Part shown: positions 1 through 10,418 of the stretch, piece after piece
Position numbering within the stretch: position 1 is the stretch's first letter
Layout of the letters: each line of letters begins with the position of its first letter
Source: Phaeobacter sp.
GTDB lineage: Bacteria > Pseudomonadota > Alphaproteobacteria > Rhodobacterales > Rhodobacteraceae
NCBI RefSeq assembly: GCF_022825805.1
Contig: NZ_JAJDWC010000066.1
Location: forward strand, 4,077-68,076
DNA: 64,000 nucleotides
Direction of reading: 5' to 3'
Made by a program: the position numbers and the translations under genes
Notes under the pieces: model-generated
Told to the model about the DNA's origin: nothing
The model's input: only the letters and a program-made list of their open reading frames with translations
Database searches by the model: none

Positions 1-622
1 CCGTCAGGTGAACAACCGCGCTATGGACCTTCGGCGGTGGGCTGAAGGCTTCTGGTGGCAGGCTCAGCACGATGCGCGCATCAGAGCGCCATTGCGCCAG
101 CAGTGCGAGGCGACCATAGGCTTTGCTGCCCGGTTGCGCCACAATGCGCTCTGCAACCTCTCTTTGAAACATCAATGTCAAGCTCTGCCAGAACGGTGGC
201 CAGGCTTTTGGCGTCAGCCAGCGCACCAGCAGTTCGGTGCCCACATTGTACGGGAGGTTGGCGGCAACGCGGATCGGTGGGCGCAGATGCGCCAGGGGGT
301 TGACCTCCAGCGCGTCGCCTTCGATGACGTCCAGGCGGCCGGGGTAGGCGGCCGAGATTTCGGCCAATGCAGGCAGGCAGCGGCTGTCTTTTTCGACCGC
401 CAGAATCCGGCGCGCGCCTTCGGCCAGCAGACCACGGGTCAGACCGCCGGGACCGGGGCCGATTTCCAGCACGTCACATCCGCTCAGATCGCCGGCTTGG
501 CGCGCAATTTTTGCGGTCAGATTGAGATCCAGCAAGAAGTTCTGACCAAGCGATTTGCGCGCGGCCAATTGATGGGTCTCGATCACCTCGCGCAGCGGTG
601 GCAGCGTGTCTATTGCGCTCAT
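1..622 (-). CDS. rsmA: 16S rRNA dimethyladenosine transferase RsmA/KsgA (3' end cut by window edge)
   Basis: Own translation of the minus strand from the ATG at 622-620 gives [66 protein letters not shown]. It carries the GQNFL and EIGPGxGxLT SAM-binding motifs. It is absent from the ORF track because it runs off the window. It follows pdxA, as in the conserved lptD-surA-pdxA-rsmA arrangement. Confidence 0.9.
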   Translation of the reverse strand, partial: MSAIDTLPPLREVIETHQLAARKSLGQNFLLDLNLTAKIARQAGDLSGCDVLEIGPGPGGLTRGLLAEGARRILAVEKDSRCLPALAEISAAYPGRLDVIEGDALEVNPLAHLRPPIRVAANLPYNVGTELLVRWLTPKAWPPFWQSLTLMFQREVAERIVAQPGSKAYGRLALLAQWRSDARIVLSLPPEAFSPPPKVHSAVVHLT

Positions 623-706
623 GTCAGGGCTCTCTTGCAACGGGGCGCAGGCGGGTGCCTGCGGTTTTCATGCCTCCGGCGGGGATATTTCGGGCAAGAG
701 GAAGTT

Positions 707-1687
707 TCAAGGGGTGGCGCCCATCCGCTGCGCCAGGCGCAGGGCTTCGATCAGGCTGGTGGGGTTGGCGATGTCCTGACCGGCAATGTCACAGGCTGTT
801 CCATGATCAGGAGAGGTACGCACAAACGGCAGCCCCAGGGTGACATTGACGCCGCGGTCAAAATCCAGCGTTTTGATCGGGATCAACGCCTGATCATGAT
901 ACATGCAGATCGCCGCATCATATCGGGTCCGTGCCGCAGCGTGAAACAGCGTGTCGGCGGGATGTGGTCCGCTGAGGTCGTAGCTGTCGTTTTGCATGTC
1001 TGCGAGCAGGGCGTTGATCCATTCCAACTCTTCGCGCCCCATGGCGCCATCTTCGCCCGCATGGGGATTCAACCCAGCCACCGCGATCCGGGGATGTGCG
1101 ATGCCAAACTGATCGCGCAGCCCGCGGGCCGTGATCTCAATGGTCTGGCGCAGCTGCGCAGGGGTCAGTTGATGTGGTACAGCCGACAGCGGGATGTGAA
1201 TGGTGGCAGGCACCACCCGCAATTGCGGACTGGCGAGCATCATCACCACGGGCACGTCGCCGCCGAGATGGGCCAGAAATTCAGTATGGCCGGGAAAGGC
1301 AAAATTAGCCCCATCCATCAGTGCCTTCTTGTGGATGGGCGCTGTGCAAAGCGCGCTGGCCTGTCCGCTTTGAACCAGTTTGACACCAGTTTCGATGGCC
1401 TTGATGACGCCAGCGGCATTGGCTGGGTCGATTTGGCCCGGTTCCGCGGGCGCGGCAAAAGTTAGCGGATAGACCGGCAGATGCTCGGCACTGATGGATA
1501 TGGCGTCTGCGGGCTGCTCCACTTGTTGCCAGGGGCAGTCTGCTGGAAGGTGCCGGGGGTCACCGATCCAGACAAAGGGGCAGCTGTCGCGCAGTGTTTC
1601 CCAGGCTTTGACGGCCAGTTCCGGGCCAATCCCCGCAGGCTCCCCACAGCTGAGCGCGATGGGCTGGCGTGCGGTTTTCAGGCTCAT
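707..1687 (-). CDS. pdxA: 4-hydroxythreonine-4-phosphate dehydrogenase PdxA
   Basis: 326 aa with GEPAGIGPEL near the N-terminus, HTEFLA, and a SPDHGTA...DIAG C-terminal motif typical of PdxA. The 4-bp overlap with surA suggests an operon. Confidence 0.9.
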   Translation of the reverse strand: MSLKTARQPIALSCGEPAGIGPELAVKAWETLRDSCPFVWIGDPRHLPADCPWQQVEQPADAISISAEHLPVYPLTFAAPAEPGQIDPANAAGVIKAIETGVKLVQSGQASALCTAPIHKKALMDGANFAFPGHTEFLAHLGGDVPVVMMLASPQLRVVPATIHIPLSAVPHQLTPAQLRQTIEITARGLRDQFGIAHPRIAVAGLNPHAGEDGAMGREELEWINALLADMQNDSYDLSGPHPADTLFHAAARTRYDAAICMYHDQALIPIKTLDFDRGVNVTLGLPFVRTSPDHGTACDIAGQDIANPTSLIEALRLAQRMGATP

Positions 1688-2964
1688 TTGAAGTCAATCC
1701 GGGCGTCGGCCTTCAGCTGCTCCAGGAGGCTATCGGAGAAAGCTCCGAGGCGCTGCTGGGTCAAGGCGTTGCCAATGGCCTCGCGGCTGGCTTCGGCGTT
1801 TACGGTTGCGGTGCGGCCACACATCATCAGCACCATCAGCGTCTGGCCATTGTTGCGGGTCAGCGCGGCGGAGGTCTCATTTGGGTCGAGCTTGGCCAAT
1901 TCGATCGCGACGTCCTGCGGAATGGCCACAGGGGCCAGGCTGTTGCGCTCCAGCACCGCGGGGTCCTGACCGAATGCCACGCCATAGAGATCATCACAGG
2001 TATCAACCTGGGCCATGACTTCGGCGGCGGTTTCCAAGGCTTCGGGGCTGCGACCACCCGGGATCAGATAGGTGGCATAGTCAATCGCCGCATAGCTCGG
2101 CGCGGCGCCAACGGTTTCGCGCAGGTCACGCAGCTGAAACAGGGCCACAGCCCCATCCAGCGGCAGGGGGGCGGTCACTTGACCGGGGTTCAGCTCCAGA
2201 ACAACCTGCTGCAGCTGTGGCGGCAGATTTGTGAGTGGCATCCACGGCAGTCGCCCGCCGGAGGCGCGTGTCTGAGTGGCCGAAAACTGGGTCGCGGCCT
2301 GTGCAAAATCAGCCAATGTGTTGATCTGGGCCACTTGCAGCGCGATCTCTTCGACCTGGGCTGCATTTTCCGCGTTGATCGGCATGATCAGCTCGGACAG
2401 CAGCACCTCGACGCCACCGGATCCTGACAACCCCATGGCACGGTCGATTTCTTCCTCGCTCGGCCGCGCCTGTCCCAGATAGCGGGAGGCGATATATTCG
2501 CGCCAGGCCAGGCCCACGCGTGAGAAATCTCGCAGGGTTTCCTGCTCCACGCCGTTTTCGGCGAGCACGCGGACAAACTCTTCGAGCGTGAGATTGGCGC
2601 GAGAGGCCAATTCGGTCATGCCCTCGACGACCTCTTCGTCGGTTGGCGCGATCCCGGCCTGGGCCAGGATGTCTTCTTTCAGGCGGTCCAGGATCAGATC
2701 TTCGCGGGCTTTTGCAACGGGATCACCGGGTTCGCGCAGCAGCGTCAAAAAGCGGGTGCGCTGCTCCAGTTCGAAATTCGTCACCACGCCGTCATTGACG
2801 GTGATGGCCGGGGAAAACAGCCCCTGCGCCTGGGCGGCGCCGACCGGGGGCAGGACAAGAGCGGTGGTCAGGCCAAGTGTCAGGCCAAGTGTCAGGCCAA
2901 GCGCGATGGCGCCTGCGCGTTGCAGAAAGACATGTTTGAAACCGGGTGTCAGATGTTTTTGCAT
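1684..2964 (-). CDS. surA: SurA-like periplasmic chaperone / peptidyl-prolyl isomerase family protein
   Basis: 426 aa with a signal peptide ending AAQAQG and a SurA N-terminal-like region. Its position between lptD and pdxA is the canonical synteny. Confidence 0.75.
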   Translation of the reverse strand: MQKHLTPGFKHVFLQRAGAIALGLTLGLTLGLTTALVLPPVGAAQAQGLFSPAITVNDGVVTNFELEQRTRFLTLLREPGDPVAKAREDLILDRLKEDILAQAGIAPTDEEVVEGMTELASRANLTLEEFVRVLAENGVEQETLRDFSRVGLAWREYIASRYLGQARPSEEEIDRAMGLSGSGGVEVLLSELIMPINAENAAQVEEIALQVAQINTLADFAQAATQFSATQTRASGGRLPWMPLTNLPPQLQQVVLELNPGQVTAPLPLDGAVALFQLRDLRETVGAAPSYAAIDYATYLIPGGRSPEALETAAEVMAQVDTCDDLYGVAFGQDPAVLERNSLAPVAIPQDVAIELAKLDPNETSAALTRNNGQTLMVLMMCGRTATVNAEASREAIGNALTQQRLGAFSDSLLEQLKADARIDFK

Positions 2965-5189
2965 GATCGCCTGTAACTCTTGCTGCCGCTGTCTACGGAG
3001 AAACCGTTTAACGCGATGGTAAAGCCGAAATCGGTGGTCGGCTCAACACTTGTTGTTGATGTATAACGACGGTTTACCGAAAGATCGACCGTCACGCATT
3101 CATTCGAATAGACCAGCCCAAGGCCCGCACGGGTGGCGCGGGCGTCAGAAATATCATAGCGCAGATTGGCGCTGGCGGTCCAACCGGGCGTGACCTCATA
3201 GGAGCCATCAAACCAGAGTTCGGAGGTTTCCTCGGATCGGCCCTCGGCTGGGTCGGTGCCCAGCCAGAGATAGGTGCCGGTCAGCGTGCTGCGTTTGGTC
3301 ATCCAATCGCCGCGAACCTCGGCCTTGGAAAAGTTCAATGACCCGTTCAGCAAGCCGCGGGTAGAAATCGCCAGATCGTTGTTCAGCCGCAGCTGCGCGG
3401 CCATCAGCAGATCAGAGGAGGTGCCGCCAAGGCCCGAGCTTTTGGTGAAGCGGCTGTCGCTGTCTTCGCGAAAGACCTGACCAATGGTGGCGGTGGCCTG
3501 CCAGCCGCTTGGCGCGTAGCGGGCCCAATTCAGCCCGTAAACTACAGTGACGCCATCTTCACGCGCGTCGGTGGCCGGAAAGCGCGACAGCTCCAACAGA
3601 TTGCCACGGTCGAATTCGACAAAATTGCTTTCATCATTGGGCACGGCTGTATTGCCGATATCTGTCCAGCCGATCTGCAGGATGGGTTCGATGAATTGAC
3701 GCGCGCCATTTTGCTCGCTGCGCGCCATGGGCAGGCGGAATGTGATCGCGCTGCGCGGGCTGAACCGGGTGCTGTTGCCGTCAAAGGCGCTGTCATCATA
3801 AACCCGGAAGGCGTCAGCCGCGGCCCCCAGCGCCAGTTCGGTGACCAGCCCATTGGTGAATTGCCAGTTGCGCTGCCAGTCCAGATCGAGCGTCGTGCGC
3901 CCCACATCACGCCCGCCCGGATCTGTCAGCGTGCCGCTGATATCAGAGGTGCGGTTGTGTCCGTGGGTCTCCAGCGACAGGCGCAGCTCACCGCCGACCC
4001 CGTCGGGAAAGAAGCGACGCTCGTAATAGACATTGCCGATGGACGAGGGGATCAGGTCCTGATTTTCGCTGTCGCGCAAGGTCTTGTAGGAAATCGCACT
4101 GGCGCGGAACAGGCTGTCGCGTTTGACCCGCGACACCACCACTTCTGAGCGCAAGCGGTCCAGGTCTTCGAGGCCGTAGTCGACCAGATAGGCATCGTCA
4201 GAGACGCTTTTGAAATCAAACCGGAGGTTGAAGTCATTGGGCAAGCCAAATGCACCCTTGGCGAAGACATATCCGCGTCCCTCACCGGGGTAGAGATCAT
4301 CGCGTGTGTAGGCGCCGTTGATCTCCACATCGCCACGTCGGAATGCCTGCCGATAGCGCAGGTCCAGCGTTCTGGTCCGCGACGACAGGTAAGGGGAAAT
4401 GGTCAGGTCGCGATGGGGGCCAAGCGCAAAGAAATACGGCACTTTGATCCCGGTGCCGAGATTGGAGGTGGTGCGCAGAGACGGGATAAGAAACCCACTG
4501 GCGCGTTCCAGCGTGGGATCAGGCAAGCGAATGGCCGGGAAATAAAACACCGGGACATCCATGACGCGTAATTGCGCGCTTTCGAGGTAGAGTTGTTTTT
4601 CCTGCTGGTCGTGGGTGATACGTTCTGCCCGGATCTGCCAGAGCGGGGGGCGTCCGTCATTGCAGACATGGCAGGAGGTGACGGCCGTTTTGTAGAGTTG
4701 AGTGTATCGACCGCCAACACGGGTCATCTGCAGAGAGGCAAGCTGCAATTGCTGCTGAAACACCATGCGCGCGCCCACAAGCAGACCATTGCGCATGTCG
4801 CGGTCAAGTTCCGCAGCGCTCGCCAGAATGGTGATCGTCTCGCCTTCGTCGATGCGGATCGGACCCTCGATCTTCAGGGCGCCTTCGGTTTGATCAAAGG
4901 TGATTTTCTGCGCGGTGAGCCGGGTGGTGCCCTGAAACGCCTCAACATTGCCCTCTGCCACCAATGTACGCTCTGGCGTGATGAACAGCTTATCCGCCAC
5001 CAGAATGGCGGGTGCGCTTGGTGCATCGACGGTTGCACTGCCAAAGGCCCGTTGTTGCGGCAACTGTGGCGCGGTTTGGGGCAGGATCTGAGCGTGCGCG
5101 GATATCGGCAGCGCGCTTGATGCGATCGCGAGAAAAGGCAAAACAGTGGAAAGACGCAGGGCGCGGCGCATGTTATCCGTCCTCGGCAT
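2949..5189 (-). CDS. lptD: LPS-assembly outer membrane protein LptD (OstA/Imp)
   Basis: 746 aa with signal peptide MRRALRLSTVLPFLAIASSALPISAHA. An N-terminal OstA-like region is followed by a long beta-barrel-like C-terminus rich in alternating aromatic and Gly residues. An alternative ATG at 5171 lies just after the lptG stop. Confidence 0.9.
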   Translation of the reverse strand: MPRTDNMRRALRLSTVLPFLAIASSALPISAHAQILPQTAPQLPQQRAFGSATVDAPSAPAILVADKLFITPERTLVAEGNVEAFQGTTRLTAQKITFDQTEGALKIEGPIRIDEGETITILASAAELDRDMRNGLLVGARMVFQQQLQLASLQMTRVGGRYTQLYKTAVTSCHVCNDGRPPLWQIRAERITHDQQEKQLYLESAQLRVMDVPVFYFPAIRLPDPTLERASGFLIPSLRTTSNLGTGIKVPYFFALGPHRDLTISPYLSSRTRTLDLRYRQAFRRGDVEINGAYTRDDLYPGEGRGYVFAKGAFGLPNDFNLRFDFKSVSDDAYLVDYGLEDLDRLRSEVVVSRVKRDSLFRASAISYKTLRDSENQDLIPSSIGNVYYERRFFPDGVGGELRLSLETHGHNRTSDISGTLTDPGGRDVGRTTLDLDWQRNWQFTNGLVTELALGAAADAFRVYDDSAFDGNSTRFSPRSAITFRLPMARSEQNGARQFIEPILQIGWTDIGNTAVPNDESNFVEFDRGNLLELSRFPATDAREDGVTVVYGLNWARYAPSGWQATATIGQVFREDSDSRFTKSSGLGGTSSDLLMAAQLRLNNDLAISTRGLLNGSLNFSKAEVRGDWMTKRSTLTGTYLWLGTDPAEGRSEETSELWFDGSYEVTPGWTASANLRYDISDARATRAGLGLVYSNECVTVDLSVNRRYTSTTSVEPTTDFGFTIALNGFSVDSGSKSYRRSCKNI

Positions 5190-6276
5190 GCAGCAGCAGA
5201 CCCATGGTCAGCAGGATGGCCGCAATCGGCGGCGCCCAGCCAGCCAGGGCAACGGGGATTTGACCGTTTTCGCCCAGGATCTGTGCAAAATTTCTAAGAA
5301 AATATAGGCTAAAGCCCAGAAGGACCGCAAAAAGAACCGCCAGTCCCGTGCCGCCAAACCGTGCATGACGCATGGTGAAGGCCGCTCCGACAAGCACCAT
5401 TGCAATCAAAAACAGCGGCCGGGCCAATTCGACCTGCAGCCAGACCTCATATCGTTTGGTGGAAAACCCGGCCTCTGCCAGATCATGGATTGTTGCGGGC
5501 AAATCATAGACCGACACCCCGGTTGCAGTTCCCAGCGTTTCGCGGATCCGCTCAGACGTCAGCGTGGTGGACAGCCGCAGATCGGCATGCTCGGTGGCGT
5601 TGGTTTCAGGATTGACCCCCACCACCAGCGGCCAGACTTTTGCCTTGGTCAGCAGCCAGTCGCCATTGTCCAGCGCAGCGCGTTCCGCCACGGTCTGCCG
5701 AATGGGACGGCCCTCGGGTCCGTAGGACAGGATGGTCACATCATAGAGCGTGATGGCCTCTGCATCGCCGCTATAGCCGGTGGCGTGGATCACAGATTGC
5801 CCCTGGCTGCCCCCCTGTCGCAGCCACAAACCTTCCCCTGTGAGCGAGAGCGCGGCAGGCCCGCCATTTCGGTAGGTGTCTGCCAGCGTTCTGTAGTAGT
5901 TGGAGGTCGCCGCGACAATCGGGTTCAGGGTGCTGACTGCCAGGACCCCAATCAAAGCCGCGAGCAACACAGGGGCCGCCAGGGCCCGGATGCCGGATCG
6001 GCCAATGGCCCGGGTCACCACCAATTCACTGCTGCGCGCAAGCCCCACGAACAACACGATTGTGGTCAGGATCATGATCAGGGGCAAAAACTCACTGAGC
6101 GCGGCGGGTGCGTTTAGCAGCGTCAGCCCAAACAGCTGCCCAAATGACAAATCCTGCGCATCAAAGCGGCGGATCTGTTCATTCAGGTCGATCAACATCA
6201 CCAGCGTCAATAAAACCGCGCAGATGATGGCAAACCACTGCAGGAACCGACGCGCATAGTAGAGATCCAGGGTCAC
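5173..6276 (-). CDS. lptG: LPS export ABC permease LptG
   Basis: 367 aa YjgP/YjgQ-type permease with TM helices flanking a large periplasmic loop. It overlaps lptF by 4 bp. Confidence 0.85.
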   Translation of the reverse strand: MTLDLYYARRFLQWFAIICAVLLTLVMLIDLNEQIRRFDAQDLSFGQLFGLTLLNAPAALSEFLPLIMILTTIVLFVGLARSSELVVTRAIGRSGIRALAAPVLLAALIGVLAVSTLNPIVAATSNYYRTLADTYRNGGPAALSLTGEGLWLRQGGSQGQSVIHATGYSGDAEAITLYDVTILSYGPEGRPIRQTVAERAALDNGDWLLTKAKVWPLVVGVNPETNATEHADLRLSTTLTSERIRETLGTATGVSVYDLPATIHDLAEAGFSTKRYEVWLQVELARPLFLIAMVLVGAAFTMRHARFGGTGLAVLFAVLLGFSLYFLRNFAQILGENGQIPVALAGWAPPIAAILLTMGLLLHAEDG

Positions 6277-7424
6277 GCGGCGCCCTCCTGCGGTTCGACC
6301 GGCTGCGACCGGCGCTGGGCCAGCAGCGCACTGATCGGACGGGCGGCCAATTGCAGGAACAGGACACCCACGGCGAGACCCACCAGCGTCGGCACATAGA
6401 TCAGTGGCCAGTAGTTGGCATTCTCCAGCACCGGTTCAGATACCACTCCGCGCAAACCTTCGACAAAAATCAGCAGCACAAAGGCCAGCAGCGCCTGACG
6501 CCAGACGCCAAAGCGTGAAAAACCACCCATCATCAACGATGCAAACCCGATCAGCGTGACCGCGACACAGACGAAGGCGCGGGCAAACCGCAGATGCAGC
6601 TCTTCAGCCAGAGCACCTGCACTATAGGGGCCTGCCGCGACCAACTGGGGCATTTCAAACAGCAACTCAGTGCTCGGAATGGCGCGGATGTTGCGTGTTT
6701 TTGCTTCTGCTTTGCTGGCCAGGCTGCTGATATCATAGGAGAAGTCAGAAAAGATCGTGGAGGAGAGCTGCCGCGTTTGCGTGTCGATGCGCTGGGCCAT
6801 GCCATCTACCATCACCAAATGGGTGCGGCTGTCATCACGCACCAGATAGGCTTTGCCGCCGGTGTAGGTGACAATCTGGTCGGGATCGCGCCGGTCGGAC
6901 AGGAACACATCGTTCAGCGTACCATCAGGATCGATGCGCCCAATATAGAATGTCACTCCGCGTGCAGGGTGCAGAAAATCCCCCTCGCTGAGCAGTTTGG
7001 CGGTGACATTGCGCGCCACTTCAGACTCCCGCTGATCCAGCGTCGCGATGGACACTGGCAGCAGCACATGGGTCAACACTGACATCATCATCGCGGTGAT
7101 CAGCCCGAAAACCAACGCTGGTTTGGCCATCTGCCAGGGGCTGGTGCCCGTCGCGCGCAGAACCGTCAGCTCGCTTTCGTTGTTGAGCCGGTTGGTGACC
7201 CAGACAGAGGCCGCAAATGCCGCCACCGGCAGGACCATGCGGATCAGATTGGGCAGCGAAAGCGCGGTGAATTCAAAAAACACCAGCGCGGATTGGCCAT
7301 CCCCTATCAGCCGGTCAAACAGCACTACGGCGCGGTTGATCCAGAACACAGCCACCAGAATCAATGCAAAGAAGCCGAAAAACAGCAGGTATTGGGACAG
7401 GACATATCTGTCGTAGCGTGACAC
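6273..7424 (-). CDS. lptF: LPS export ABC permease LptF
   Basis: 383 aa YjgP/YjgQ family protein starting MSRYDRYVLSQYLLFFGFF. It is divergent from pepA, as in enterobacteria. Confidence 0.85.
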   Translation of the reverse strand: MSRYDRYVLSQYLLFFGFFALILVAVFWINRAVVLFDRLIGDGQSALVFFEFTALSLPNLIRMVLPVAAFAASVWVTNRLNNESELTVLRATGTSPWQMAKPALVFGLITAMMMSVLTHVLLPVSIATLDQRESEVARNVTAKLLSEGDFLHPARGVTFYIGRIDPDGTLNDVFLSDRRDPDQIVTYTGGKAYLVRDDSRTHLVMVDGMAQRIDTQTRQLSSTIFSDFSYDISSLASKAEAKTRNIRAIPSTELLFEMPQLVAAGPYSAGALAEELHLRFARAFVCVAVTLIGFASLMMGGFSRFGVWRQALLAFVLLIFVEGLRGVVSEPVLENANYWPLIYVPTLVGLAVGVLFLQLAARPISALLAQRRSQPVEPQEGAA

Positions 7425-7696
7425 TCGATCCCCCCAGACCTAACTGCCTTCGTTTTTTGGAGACCTTAGAGGATTTGTTGGCCGGGGAAAACTGCAATTT
7501 AGCGGCGTATCGCGCGGCGGTGCCCAATGGGCAAGGCTTGGCCGGTTTGGCGCCGCTGGCACGTCGTGGATTGGTCCAAAGGCTGGGTTATCGCGCTGCG
7601 ACATCAACGGTTTGCTGCAACTGCCCCTAGTCATCGGCCCATCAGCAAGCTACCTGTTGGGGGAAATGATCTTGTCCGCATGAGGAGCCGTTGCAG

Positions 7697-9169
7697 ATGC
7701 GTCCACTGACCCCGACCCGTTTTGTTGAGTTTGACCCCAAAACCCTGTCAGAGCTGGAAGGGCGCGCCGTGGTCCAGATCACGCCAGAGGGCACTTTGGG
7801 GCAGGCGGCACGCACGGCAAACCGGCTGACCAAAGGGGCCATCGCGCGGCTGGTCGAGGCCAAATCCTTTGAAAAAACCAAAGCAGGCGATGTGATTTCC
7901 CTGGCGTGGCCTGCGGGGATGAAGGTGGAGGCGCTGGACGTGCTTGTGACCCCGCGCAAGCTCACCGCGACGGAGGCCCGCAAAGCAGGCGCAAAACTGG
8001 CCGCACTCGGCGGCGGTAAAACCATCACCGTGCTCGCAGGCTCGATGGTCAAGGCCGCAGATCTGGCGCTGGGCATGGCGCTGCGCGACTACCGGTTTGA
8101 TGCGCACAAAAGCAGCCAGGACAGCACCGTGGGCGAAATCGTCATTGCCCACAAGAGCCCGGCTGAAACCGAAACCGCGTTTGCCCCGATGGCAGCCGTG
8201 GCCGAAGGCGTGCACATGACGCGCGATTTGGTCAATGAACCTGCCAACGTGCTGACCACGACAGAATTTGCCAACCGGCTTGTCGAGATGGAGGCGCTGG
8301 GTCTTGAGGTCGAGGTGCTGGAAGAGGCAGAGCTGGCCGAATTGGGCATGCGCACGCTTCTGTCGGTGGGGCAGGGGTCTGACAGCCCCTCGAAGGTCGT
8401 TGTGATGCGCTGGAACGGTGGTGCCGCCGATGCCGCCCCGTTGGCTTTGGTGGGCAAGGGCGTTGTGTTTGACACCGGTGGCATTTCGCTGAAGCCCGCC
8501 GGTGGCATGGAAGACATGACCATGGACATGGGCGGCGCTGGCGTGGTCGCTGGCACGATGCGGGCGCTGGCGCTGCGCAAGGCCAAGGCCAATGTGGTTG
8601 GTCTGGTCGGACTGGTTGAAAACATGCCATCGGGCAATGCCACCCGTCCAGGCGACGTCGTGACCTCCATGAAGGGTGGCACGGTTGAGATCATCAACAC
8701 CGACGCCGAAGGCCGTCTCGTGCTCTGCGATGTGATGTGGTACGCGCAGGAGCGGTTCAAACCCGCAGGAATGATTGATCTCGCCACACTGACTGGCGCG
8801 ATCATCATCGGTCTGGGCCACGAAAACGCGGGCGTGTTTTCCAACGACGATGGCTTCTGCAACGCGTTTCTCAAAGCGGCCGCCGCAGAGGGGGAGGGCG
8901 CTTGGCGCATGCCACTTGGCAAGGCCTATGATGATCAGCTGAAATCACGCATCGCGGATATGAAAAACGTGGGCGGGCGCCCGGCAGGCTCGATCACCGC
9001 GGCGCAATTCCTGCAGCGTTTTGTGAAGGATGGCACGCCTTGGATCCATCTCGACATCGCTGGTGTGGCCTCGGTCAAATCCGCAACCGACTACGCGCCC
9101 AAAGGCGCCACCGGCTGGGGTGTGATGGCGCTGAGCCGGATGGTCCAGGACCTCTATGAGGACCGCTGA
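7697..9169 (+). CDS. pepA: leucyl aminopeptidase PepA (M17)
   Basis: Carries M17 motifs VGKGVVFDTGGISLKP and NTDAEGRLVLCD. The ATG at 7697 lies 9 nt after a GAGGAG; the track ORF starts at a TTG at 7691. Confidence 0.95.
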   Translation: MRPLTPTRFVEFDPKTLSELEGRAVVQITPEGTLGQAARTANRLTKGAIARLVEAKSFEKTKAGDVISLAWPAGMKVEALDVLVTPRKLTATEARKAGAKLAALGGGKTITVLAGSMVKAADLALGMALRDYRFDAHKSSQDSTVGEIVIAHKSPAETETAFAPMAAVAEGVHMTRDLVNEPANVLTTTEFANRLVEMEALGLEVEVLEEAELAELGMRTLLSVGQGSDSPSKVVVMRWNGGAADAAPLALVGKGVVFDTGGISLKPAGGMEDMTMDMGGAGVVAGTMRALALRKAKANVVGLVGLVENMPSGNATRPGDVVTSMKGGTVEIINTDAEGRLVLCDVMWYAQERFKPAGMIDLATLTGAIIIGLGHENAGVFSNDDGFCNAFLKAAAAEGEGAWRMPLGKAYDDQLKSRIADMKNVGGRPAGSITAAQFLQRFVKDGTPWIHLDIAGVASVKSATDYAPKGATGWGVMALSRMVQDLYEDR

Positions 9170-9189
9170 GTGCAAAGCAGAGTGATCTG

Positions 9190-9654
9190 ATGGGGGCTGT
9201 TTACTTCTACCACCTGACGCGACGGTCGCTGGCTGAAACCCTGCCTGTCCTCTTGGACAAGGCCATGGGTGCAGGCTGGCGCATCGTCGTGCGCGGAAAG
9301 GATCAGGATCGGATCACCTGGCTGGACGACCGGCTGTGGCTTGGCCCCGAAGATCACTTTCTGCCGCACGGCGTGGCAGGTGGCCCCCGTGATCATCTGC
9401 AGCCAGTGTTGTTGACCACCAGCCTGGAGCCGATCGCACAGCGCCACTGTTTGATGTCCGTGGACGGTGCAGAGGTGGGCGCGGGCGAGGTGGGCGATCT
9501 GGAACGCGTGTGCATCCTGTTTGATGGCACCGACCCGGACGCCGTGGCGCATGCGCGGACGCAGTGGAAAGCGCTGACAAACGCGGGATGTGCGGCGCAG
9601 TATTGGTCGGAGGAATCCGGCAAATGGGAGAAGAAGGCCGAGAGCGGCAGCTGA
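9190..9654 (+). CDS. holC: DNA polymerase III chi subunit HolC
   Basis: 154 aa starting FYHLTRRSL..., directly downstream of pepA (conserved pepA-holC pair). Confidence 0.8.
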   Translation: MGAVYFYHLTRRSLAETLPVLLDKAMGAGWRIVVRGKDQDRITWLDDRLWLGPEDHFLPHGVAGGPRDHLQPVLLTTSLEPIAQRHCLMSVDGAEVGAGEVGDLERVCILFDGTDPDAVAHARTQWKALTNAGCAAQYWSEESGKWEKKAESGS

Positions 9655-9749
9655 TCGACTCTTGCAGATGGCATCACGCTGAAGAGGTCGTGCCCGCCGT
9701 AGCCCGGACCACTATGCCGCGCCCAGGTCTGGCCCCATATGTGCTCGGC

Positions 9750-10331
9750 TTATCGTGTCAGGACCATGGCGCCATTGCGGATCTCGATGCTCGACCACAG
9801 CTGCAGATAGTCCATGCCGAGCAGCGATTGATCCATCTGCCCCTGATTGACCGACACGCTGAGATTGCGATCGGTGATCCCGCCCAATGACATCGCAGAG
9901 ACCCGGGTGCGAGCGGTGCGGACCTCGCCATTTGCGGTGCGCGCGCGGCCGACAAAGGCCAGGTTTTCCGGTTTGATCCCGACCCGGCGCGCATCAGCTT
10001 CGTTCAGCACCACGGAGGTTGCGCCGGTGTCGACCAGAAACTGCACCGGCACATCGTTGACCTCCACCGTCAGATAGTAATGCCCATCGGCAGAACGCGG
10101 GACATCAACACGCCCTTCGTTCAGCAACACGGTCTGCTGTGGGCGCAGCGTGCTGCGAATATCCTCCCACAGGCCAAAGGCCGCGATTGCCCCAAGAAAG
10201 ATGAAGCTCCAAATCGCCAGCTGCTGAACGGTTTTGCCAATCCCCTGGCGGTTTTGCACAAACACCCACGCACCAATCGCCACCAGCAAAATGGCCAGAT
10301 ATATCAGCTGCGCGTAGTCGTCGCCTGTCAC
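9750..10331 (-). CDS. membrane-anchored retropepsin-like (clan AA) aspartic protease
   Basis: 193 aa with two N-terminal hydrophobic helices followed by the LVDTGATSVVL active-site motif (D-T-G). Confidence 0.75.
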   Translation of the reverse strand: MTGDDYAQLIYLAILLVAIGAWVFVQNRQGIGKTVQQLAIWSFIFLGAIAAFGLWEDIRSTLRPQQTVLLNEGRVDVPRSADGHYYLTVEVNDVPVQFLVDTGATSVVLNEADARRVGIKPENLAFVGRARTANGEVRTARTRVSAMSLGGITDRNLSVSVNQGQMDQSLLGMDYLQLWSSIEIRNGAMVLTR

Positions 10332-10418
10332 CGCGTGTCTCCTGTGCTTGGTCTTGTGCCAGCGCAGAATACATAGGGTGGCGCACCAGCGATTGCGAGG
10401 GCCGGTGCGCCCATCTGA

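Noticed and set aside
8-1465. 485-aa plus-strand ORF spanning the rsmA and pdxA region
   Set aside because: It lies antisense to two genes with clear family motifs. Its translation is Arg/Ala/Gly/Gln-rich with no recognisable motifs, so it is a typical GC-rich shadow ORF.
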